DNA from: Ranitomeya imitator
Taxonomy: Eukaryota
Length of the DNA: 64,000 bases
Direction: 5' to 3'
Assembly (NCBI RefSeq): GCF_032444005.1
Contig: NC_091283.1
Coordinates: 467,728,001-467,792,000 of the forward strand
A model generated the notes under the pieces. The model saw only the letters and a list, made by a program, of their open reading frames with translations, searched no databases and was not told the origin of the DNA. This document shows positions 14,418 to 23,321 of the stretch, piece after piece (the stretch's first letter is position 1; every line of letters starts with the position of its first letter). Both the position numbers and the translations under genes were made by a program.

Positions 14418-16022
14418 CAGTGGGGCAAAAAAGTATTTAGTCAGTAAGCAATAGTGCAAGTTCCACCACTTAAAAAGATGAGAGGCGTCTGTAATTTACA
14501 TCATAGGTAGACCTCAACTATGGGAGACAAACTGAGAAAAAAAATCCAGAAAATCACATTGTCTGTTTTTTTAACATTTTATTTGCACATTATGGTGGAA
14601 AATAAGTATTTGGTCAGAAACAAAATTTCATCTCAATACTTTGTAATATATCTTTAATTGGCAATGACAGAGGTCAAACGTTTTCTGTAAGTCTTCACAA
14701 GGTTGCCACACACTGTTGTTGGTATGTTGGCCCATTCCTCCATGCAGATCTCCTTTAGAGCAGTGATGTTTTTGGCTTTTCGCTTGGCAACACAGACTTT
14801 CAACTCCCTCCAAAGGTTTTCTATAGGGTTGAGATCTGGAGACTGGCTAGGCCACTCCAGGACCTTGAAATGCTTCTTATGAAGCCACTCCTTCGTTGCC
14901 CTGGCGGTGTGCTTTGGATCATTGTCATGTTGAAAGACCCAGCCACGTTTCATCTTCAATGCCCTTGCTGATGGAAGGAGGTTTGCACTCAAAATCTCAC
15001 GATACATGGCCCCATTCATTCTTTCCTGTACCCGGATCAGTCGTCCTGGCCCCTTTGCAGAGAAACAGCCCCAAAGCATGATGTTTCCACCACCATGCTT
15101 TACAGTAGGTATGGTGTTTGATGGATGCAACTCAGTATTCTTTTTCCTCCAAACACGACAAGTTGTGTTTCTACCAAACAGTTCCAGTTTGGTTTCATCA
15201 GACCATAGGACATTCTCCCAAAACTCCTCTGGATCATCCAAATGCTCTCTAGCAAACTTCAGACGGGCCCGGACATGTACTGGCTTAAGCAGTGGGACAC
15301 GTCTGGCACTGCAGGATCTGAGTCCATGGTGGCGTAGTGTGTTACTTATGGTAGGCCTTGTTACATTGGTCCCAGCTCTCTGCAGTTCATTCACTAGGTC
15401 CCCCCGCGTGGTTCTGGGATTTTTGCTCACCATTCTTGTGATCATTCTGACCCCACGGGATGGGATTTTGCGTGGAGCACCTGATCGAGGGAGATTATCA
15501 GTGGTCTTGTATGTCTTCCATTTTCTAATTATTGCTCCCACTGTTGATTTCTTCACTCCAAGCTGGTTGGCTATTGCAGATTCAGTCTTCCCAGCCTGGT
15601 GCAGGGCTACAATTTTGTTTCTGGTGTCCTTTGACAGCTCTTTGGTCTTCACCATAGTGGAGTTTGGAGTCAGACTGTTTGAGGGTGTGCACAGGTGTCT
15701 TTTTATACTGATAACAAGTTTAAACAGGTGCCATTACTACAGGTAATGAGTGGAGGAAAGAGGAGACTCTTAAAGAAGAAGTTACAGGTCTGTGAGAGCC
15801 AGAAATCTTGATTGTTTGTTTCTGACCAAATACTTATTTTCCACCATAATATGCAAATAAAATGTTAAAAAAACAGACAATGTGATTTTCTGGATTTTTT
15901 TTTCTCAGTTTGTCTCCCATAGTTGAGGTCTACCTATGATATAAATTACAGACGCCTCTCATCTTTTTAAGTGGTGGAACTTGCACTATTGCTGACTGAC
16001 TAAATACTTTTTTGCCCCACTG
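14418..16022 (-). mobile_element. Full-length Tc1 transposon (1605 bp) nested in the Penelope right arm
   Basis: About 200-bp TIRs CAGTGGGGCAAAAAAGTATTTAGTCAG.., TA duplication; the uninterrupted site is preserved in the left arm near 11787. Confidence 0.95.
14654..15655 (-). CDS. Tc1 transposase (DD34E), 333 aa, premature stop 7 codons from the end
   Basis: Paired-like HTH N-terminus, [26 protein letters not shown]; ends VIAN*RYITKY*. Confidence 0.93.
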   Translation of the reverse strand: MVKTKELSKDTRNKIVALHQAGKTESAIANQLGVKKSTVGAIIRKWKTYKTTDNLPRSGAPRKIPSRGVRMITRMVSKNPRTTRGDLVNELQRAGTNVTRPTISNTLRHHGLRSCSARRVPLLKPVHVRARLKFAREHLDDPEEFWENVLWSDETKLELFGRNTTCRVWRKKNTELHPSNTIPTVKHGGGNIMLWGCFSAKGPGRLIRVQERMNGAMYREILSANLLPSARALKMKRGWVFQHDNDPKHTARATKEWLHKKHFKVLEWPSQSPDLNPIENLWRELKVCVAKRKAKNITALKEICMEEWANIPTTVCGNLVKTYRKRLTSVIAN

Positions 16023-16785
16023 TATAATTCTCACCTTATTGATTTTGTATGGTCTTATTGTTTGGCCTATCACTATTTTTTCATAATTAAATATGGCTTA
16101 TTATATATTTATATTATTGTTTGTATAATTGTTTCTATATATATTTAGATTTATTTATTGGCCATATATTTGGGGTATCCTGTATGGTTTTACATGATTA
16201 AATGTTAGCACATTAGATGTAATATGTGATTAAATTATAGTACATTAGATTATAGTACATTTGATGTAATATACACCATCTAATGTTGTTTTACAATTGT
16301 GATTCAATATGGATATTGTTTATATATATTGTGTAGTTTTTGTATATATATAATTGATATGTTATAATTATGCGGGTTCTTCATCTCTGACAGTACTAGA
16401 CCAGCTCCCAGTGTTTTTATATATTCTTGCCCACATACCTATCAGTATTTATACTGTCTCGGGTATAGCTTTAAAATCTGGGCAATCATTTCCTGTAGCC
16501 ATTGTTATGGTATGGATTGCCGTCTAAGTCCTCCTTTTCAGCTAGTGCGCATGCCTGGAGATTCCCGAGCCCGGATGTTCCCGATTCGCTCAAGTGACGC
16601 GCCGGCGTCCCCCGCTGCTAGGCAGCGGTGGATCGCTTGCGCTTCAGGAGCGAAGGAGGAAGTGTCCGTGTGGGGCCGGGAATATTCGCGCATGCGCCGC
16701 ACATCGGCTGATATCATTTTGCAATAGGACTCCCTCATTGGTCCCCTAGTACCATATATACGGATGTGAGATCAATAGTAAGCCA

Positions 16786-16824
16786 CGCCTCCTGAAGAAG
16801 ATCGGCGAAACGCGCGTCGAGGCG
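16786..16824 (+). ncRNA. Minimal type I hammerhead ribozyme (intact core)
   Basis: Stem I CGCCTC/GAGGCG, core CTGAAGA (16792-16798), GAAA (16807-16810), palindromic stem III ACGCGCGT, GUC cleavage triplet ending at 16818. Confidence 0.85.
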
Positions 16825-17859
16825 CCAGGTGGGGGTCCAGGTCCTTATTAGAAAAGTAAGTTATATTGGGCATATTAGTTATGTTATTACCAGCACTATC
16901 AGTGGAGTCATTATGCTGCACTTGCAGCCTGCTCACTAAGTTTCCCAGGTGCTATAATTAGCACTATGGTTTAGCGTAGAGGTTTATAAATAACACTGCC
17001 CTTTTAAGTGCTTTTCCTTAAAGGGTCAGACATAGCATTTGGGTTCTTATGGTTTATTGCTAAAACTGCCTTTTGTACAAAACACTTCCATATATATACA
17101 AAAACCGTCGCTATGGTCTGGGCCTTCTAACAACATATATTGAATGTGTTTATGTTATGGAAATTGTCATTTATTATGGACCTGTTTTTTGTTCCCCTAT
17201 TACACCTGTTTGGTGTGTGGTACTCTATCCTCTCATATGTGAAATTTTGAATTTTGTAATAAAGTATTTATATTTTCATAAAAAAACTCTTTGCCTCATT
17301 GATTAAGTTCACAATTGGGGTTTTTGTGGTATAGTATGTGTAGAGTTTAATATTTAATTGTGAGATCCCACGGTGTCTAATAGCTTTACACCTGCAGTTT
17401 TCTATTGGAGCAGGTGTAAGACCGCAGCGGAATCCGCACAAAGAATTTACATGCTGCGGAATGTAAACCACTGCGTTTCTGCGCGGTTTTCTCCGCAGCA
17501 TGTGCACTGCGGCTTTCGTTTCCCATAGGTTTACATTATACTGCAAAATCCGCAGCGTGTGCAAATACCCTGAAACTCACTGTTGCATATCCATGACTGG
17601 GATCAGTGTAGATCTTAACTGGTGGAAGCTGTTAAAATAGATGTTACCAGGCTGAATGTCTTTGATCATCTTTAAAAAAAAAAAAAAAGCCCTGGTGTGC
17701 TGGCCCCATCTGCCAAATTAGCCTCAACCAGTTCCCACAATCCATCTCTTCTGACCCAGCAGTCTGGACTATAAATTTAGAAACATCCTTAGGGGTGCAC
17801 GCAAGCGTCCCAGAAGCAAAGCGTCACGAAGATAAGCGTCGTGATACAGCAGTTATTCC

Positions 17860-20800
17860 ATGGCACTTAGTCAGGGCAGGAGTCAGGTAAACCACATTCT
17901 GCTCTCCCATCTATCCATGTGCTTTATTCCTATGTTCCCTTGCAATCCACTTGCACCTCCCAATCCCCTCTCCATCAAGACTCATATACATCAGCTCCTC
18001 ACTCCTTCCCTCTCCCATGTACAGCTCCCATTCACTTCTCACCTTCCTGAAAAAGCTCAGTCCATCTTGCCCAAACACACTGCACAAAAAACCTTTATAC
18101 AATTCCAAAAACTACTTGCTCTTTATTTTCCTACTCCTACTGATTTCAGGAGACATCTCCCCCAACCCCGGTCCACCATCCACCAACCTCAACCCCTACC
18201 TTACATCGAAACCTCAGCAATCTTACTAATATTAATTGCACTCTTTCATCTCCTCCTTCTTTTAATTGTGCCCTTTGAAATCTATGGTCTGTATACAACA
18301 AGCTTCCTTTCCTACACAATTACTTTCTGAAAAACTCTCTTAATCTGTTGGCCCTCACGGAAACCTGGATTCTGGCACTGTCACTCCTGCTGCCATTTCC
18401 CGTGGTGGCTTACATTTCTCTCATTCCCTGAGACCCACAAACAGACATGGTGGTGGAGTCGGCATACTCCTGTCCCCACAATGCACTTTCCAGGTCATCC
18501 CCCCAGTTCCGTCACTCTCATTCCCTTCTTTTGAAGTCCACACCATCAGGCTCTTCCGTCCCCTCTCCCTCAGAGTAGCGGTCATATACCGGCCCCCAGG
18601 CTCACGCACCCACTTCCTGGACCATTTCTCTGCCTGGCTGCCGCACTTCATGTCCTCAGAACTACCAACCCTTATCCTGGGAGACTTCAACATCCCCATA
18701 AACAGCCCCACTTCCACATCTGCATCCCAGCTTCTATCACTAACCACTTCTCTAGGGCTCTCACAGCTGTCAACCTCTGAAACACACAAAGACGGTAACA
18801 CCCTGGACCTGGTTTTCGCCAAGCTCAGCTCAATCTCCTACTTAGATAACTCACCGCTTCCCCTCTCTGACCACAACATTCTCTCCTTCACACCCACAAC
18901 TCCTTGCTCACCTCAGCACCCTCCTACATACCATTCAGTCAGAAATCTACAAGCCATTAACCCTCATACACTTTCAGACTCCCTATGCTCATCATTGTCC
19001 CCAAGCTCCTCTTTTTCCTGTCCTGATCTGGCTGTACATCACTTCAATGACACTCTTAGAAGCACCCTGGACCAAGTAGCTCCCCTCACCCTCAGAACCT
19101 CCAAACACAGAGTAAAACAGCCCTGGCTCACATCGCAAACCCGATTTCTCCAGCGATGCTCTAGGTGTGCTGAACGCTTATGGAGGAAAACTCACACACC
19201 ATAAGACTTCATACACTTCAAATTTATGTTAAGGACCTATAACTCTGCCCTTCACCTCGCCAAACAGACCTACTTCACCACCCTGATCGCCTCACTATCC
19301 ATTAACCCCAAGAAACTTTTTGACACCTTTCACTCCCTCCTCAGGCCAAAAGCACAAGCCCCTATCACAGACATCTGTGCTGATGACCTGGCCTCCAACT
19401 TTATAGAGAAAATAAACAATATCCGTCAGGAAATCCGCTCCCAATCACCAAGTTCAGTGACTCCCATTCCTCCCTGCAGTTCCCCTAGCACATTCTCCAC
19501 ATTCGATCCCATCACAGAAGAAGTGTCCAAGCTCCTCTCTTCTTTTCGTCCGACTACATGCACTACCAACCCCATTCCCTCACACCTCCTCCAGTCTCTC
19601 TCTCCAGTCGTCACAACTCACCTAACTACAATCTTTAATCTCTCCCTCTCCTCTGGCATTTTCCCCTCCTCCCTCAAACACTCTATCATTATTCCATTAC
19701 TAAAGAAACCCACCCTCGACCCATCTTGCACAAACAACTACAGACCAGTCTCCAATCTCCCCTTCATCTCTAAACTCTTGGAGTGCTTGATATACTCCCG
19801 CCTTACCCATTACCTCTCCACTCCCTCCCTCCTAGACCTTCACAGTCCGGTTTCCGCCCCCTACATTCGACAGAAACTGCACTCATCAAAGTGACCAATG
19901 ACCTTCTGACAGCAAAACGTAACGGTGACCACTCTCTGCTCATTCTCCTCGACTTTTCTGCAGCTTTCGACACTGTTGACCACCCTCTCCTACTGTCTAT
20001 GCTCCAGTCACTAGGCATTAAGGACACTGCTCTCTCCTGGTTCTCCTCCTATCTTTCTGACCGCTCCTTCAGTGTTCTGTTCTCTGGCTCCACTTCATCT
20101 CCTCTTCCTCTCACTGTTGGGGTACCCCAGGGCTCAGTCCTTGGCCCCCTTCTCTTCTCTCTCTACATGGCCCCAATTGGACAGACCATCAGCAGATTTG
20201 TCTTTCAGTACCATCTTTATGCTGATGACACACAACTATACACATCTTCCCCTGACCTTACCCCCGCTGTACTACAGAACGCCACTGACTGTCTGCCTCC
20301 AGTCTCCAACATCATGTCTGCTCTCTATCTGAAACTCAACCTCTCCAATACTGAACAACTTCTGCTCCCGCCTTCTACTAACCTCCCTAAATCTGCCATT
20401 TCCCTCTCCGTGGGTGGCACCATAATAACACACCGGCAGCAGGCGCGCTGTCTGGGTGTTATGTTTGACTCCAATCTCTCCTTCACCTCCCATATACAAT
20501 CTCTTGCCCGCTCGTGCAGCTTACACCTAAAGAACATCTCTAGAATCTGCCCTTTTCTCACCATGGAAGCAACAAAAACTCTCACTGTCGTCCTGATCCA
20601 CTCCCGCCTGGACTACTGTAAGTAACGCTCTATTAATTGGCCTCCCCCTCGCTCGACTTTCCCCTCTCCAGTCCATCCTTAATGCAGCAGCCAGGGTCGT
20701 CCATCTGGCTAATCGTTACTCGGACGTGTCCGCTCTTCGCCAGTCATTACACTGGCTGCCCATTCATTACAGGATACAATTCAAAGTACTTGTTCTCACC

Positions 20801-21345
20801 CACAAAGCTCTCCACAATGCGGCACCCCCATACATCTCCTCCCTCATTTCTATTGGCCTAGCCGACCGCTGCGCTGTGCAAATGACTTTCGACTATACTC
20901 TGCACTGATCCGTAACGCTCACTCCCGACTCCAAGACTTCTCCCGTGCTGCACCAATCCTCTGGAATGCTCTACCCCAAGATATTAGGACCATCCACAAT
21001 TTGCATAGTTTTAGGCGCTCGCTCAAAACACATTTGTTCAGAGCGGGCTATCACATTCAGTAATCAAAGTTATGTTATGTTTGTGTGTGTAGCCCATTCA
21101 CTACCTCCATCTATCCCCCACCCCCTGAAGATGGCTGGACCATCATTGTAAATACATCATTGTAAATACACACTTGTACTTTGTATCTCCCCTACCTCAT
21201 TGTAGATTGTAAGCTCTCACGAGCAGGGTCGTCTTATTTTGCTTTAATTATTGTATTGTTAACGTTGTTACTTATGACTGTTGTGTTTGAAACTGTAAAG
21301 CGCTGCGGAATATGTTGGCGCTATATAAATAAAGATTATTATTAT
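17860..21345 (+). mobile_element. L2-clade LINE, degenerate ORF2 (APE + RT)
   Basis: GDISPNPGP motif, [68 protein letters not shown]; tail ATAAATAAAG(ATT)n; multiple frameshifts; 5' boundary approximate. Confidence 0.9.
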
Positions 21346-22993
21346 CTTCCCAGACCCTCCATGCAGCCCCCACAGCAATCATCCCAGACCCTCCATGCAG
21401 CCCCTCACAGCAATCATCAAAGACCCTCCATGCAGCCCCCGCAGCAATCATCCCAGACCCTCCATGCAGCCCCCGCAGCAATCATCCCGGACCCTCCATG
21501 CAGCCCCCGCAGCAATCATCCCGGACCCTCCATGCAGCCCCCGCAGCAATCATCCCGGACCCTCCATGCAGCCCCCGCAGCAATCATCCCGGACCCTCCA
21601 TGCAGCCCCCGCAGCAATCATCCCGGACCCTCCATGCAGCCCCCGCAGCAATCATCCCAGACCCTCCATGCAGCCCCCGCAGCAATCATCCCAGACCCTC
21701 CATGCAGCCCCTCACAGCAATCATCAAAGACCCTCCATGCAGCCCCCGCAGCAATCATCCCAGACCCTCCATGCAGCCCCCGCAGCAATCATCTCAGACC
21801 CTCCACCTCCATGCAGCCCCCGCAGCAATCATCCCAGACCCTCCATGCAGCCCCCGCAGCAATCATCCCAGACCCTCCATGCAGCCCCTCACAGCAATCA
21901 TCAAAGACCCTCCATGCAGCCCCCGCAGCAATCATCCCGGACCCTCCATGCAGCCCCCGCAGCAATCATCCCAGACCCTCCATGCAGCCCCTCACAGCAA
22001 TCATCAAAGACCCTCCATGCAGCCCCCGCAGCAATCATCCCAGACCCTCCATGCAGCCCCCGCAGCAATCATCCCAGACCCTCCATGCAGCCCCCGCAGC
22101 AATCATCCCGGACCCTCCATGCAGCCCCCGCAGCAATCATCCCGGACCCTCCATGCAGCCCCCGCAGCAATCATCCCGGACCCTCCATGCAGCCCCCGCA
22201 GCAATCATCCCGGACCCTCCATGCAGCCCCCGCAGCAATCATCCCGGACCCTCCATGCAGCCCCCGCAGCAATCATCCCGGACCCTCCATGCAGCCCCCG
22301 CAGCAATCATCCCAGACCCTCCATGCAGCCCCCGCAGCAATCATCCCAGACCCTCCATGCAGCCCCTCACAGCAATCATCAAAGACCCTCCATGCAGCCC
22401 CCGCAGCAATCATCCCAGACCCTCCATGCAGCCCCCGCAGCAATCATCTCAGACCCTCCACCTCCATGCAGCCCCCGCAGCAATCATCCCAGACCCTCCA
22501 TGCAGCCCCCGCAGCAATCATCCCAGACCCTCCATGCAGCCCCTCACAGCAATCATCAAAGACCCTCCATGCAGCCCCCGCAGCAATCATCCCGGACCCT
22601 CCATGCAGCCCCCGCAGCAATCATCCCAGACCCTCCATGCAGCCCCTCACAGCAATCATCAAAGACCCTCCATGCAGCCCCCGCAGCAATCATCCCAGAC
22701 CCTCCATGCAGCCCCCGCAGCAATCATCCCAGACCCTCCATGCAGCCCCCGCAGCAATCATCCCGGACCCTCCATGCAGCCCCCGCAGCAATCATCCCGG
22801 ACCCTCCATGCAGCCCCCGCAGCAATCATCCCGGACCCTCCATGCAGCCCCCGCAGCAATCATCCCGGACCCTCCATGCAGCCCCCGCAGCAATCATCCC
22901 AGACCCTCCATGCAGCCCCCCCACAGCAATCATCCCAGACCCTCCATGCAGCCCCCCACAGCAATCATCCCAGACCCTCCATGCAGCCCCCTA
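21346..22993. repeat. 34-bp C-rich minisatellite, about 48 copies, with a 655-bp higher-order duplication
   Basis: Unit CCCAGACCCTCCATGCAGCCCCCGCAGCAATCAT; variant units recur at exactly +655 (21726/22381, 21793/22448, 21903/22558, 22006/22661). Confidence 0.95.
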
Positions 22994-23051
22994 CAGCCAG
23001 ACGTGACCGGCGCAGAAGAACTCTTTGTGCAATCAAATTCAATCGCAGTCT

Positions 23052-23178
23052 CCGCCCCCTCCCCAGTCCCCGCCCCCTCCAGTCCCTTACAATGACCTAT
23101 CCCTGATTCAGGAAACCTCGCTGGTGATTCAGCAATGGGGGAAGTGTCTGCTGCTGGTTTCTATCCAGTCTCTTCCTG
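23052..23178 (+). promoter_or_regulatory. Putative TATA-less CTSZ proximal promoter
   Basis: GC boxes CCGCCC at 23052 and 23070; ETS-core sites CAGGAAAC 23109 and TCTTCCTG 23171. Confidence 0.4.
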
Positions 23179-23208
23179 CCTATCACGAGACATCGCCCGT
23201 CCTTCACC

Positions 23209-23321
23209 ATGTACAGACATGTCTTGCTTTGTGCCCTCATCGCCTGGGTTCATGGGGGGCTCTACTTTCAGGAGGGTCAGCACTGCTATAAACCAGTATC
23301 CAGAGGCAACTTTGGAGTGAG
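23209..23321 (+). CDS. CTSZ: Cathepsin Z exon 1 (signal peptide + short propeptide)
   Basis: [37 protein letters not shown]; context CACCATG, in-frame upstream stop at 23104, donor AG|GTAGGT. Confidence 0.9.

Larger units (their letters stand above)
10479..17381 (-). mobile_element. Penelope-like retroelement, 5'-truncated, with long inverted arms
   Basis: Left arm 10479-12653 is the reverse complement of right arm 13552-17333 (after removing the Tc1); 12-bp TSD AGCTTTACACCT at 10467-10478 and 17382-17393; extra 48-bp tail 17334-17381. Confidence 0.9.
10341..17570. mobile_element. Harbinger-type MITE split by the Penelope insertion (halves 10341-10478 and 17382-17570)
   Basis: TIRs GGGTATGTGCACAC / GTGTGCAAATACCC, TGA on both sides; the halves rejoin across a 12-bp duplication. 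Confidence 0.8.

Noticed and set aside
15006-15746. 246-aa plus-strand ORF
   Set aside because: Antisense shadow of the Tc1 transposase
21181-23106. Three overlapping 500-640 aa ORFs (MQPPQQSS.. repeats)
   Set aside because: Artefact of a stop-free 34-bp tandem unit read in all three frames; no splice or domain support; the real CTSZ start is at 23209
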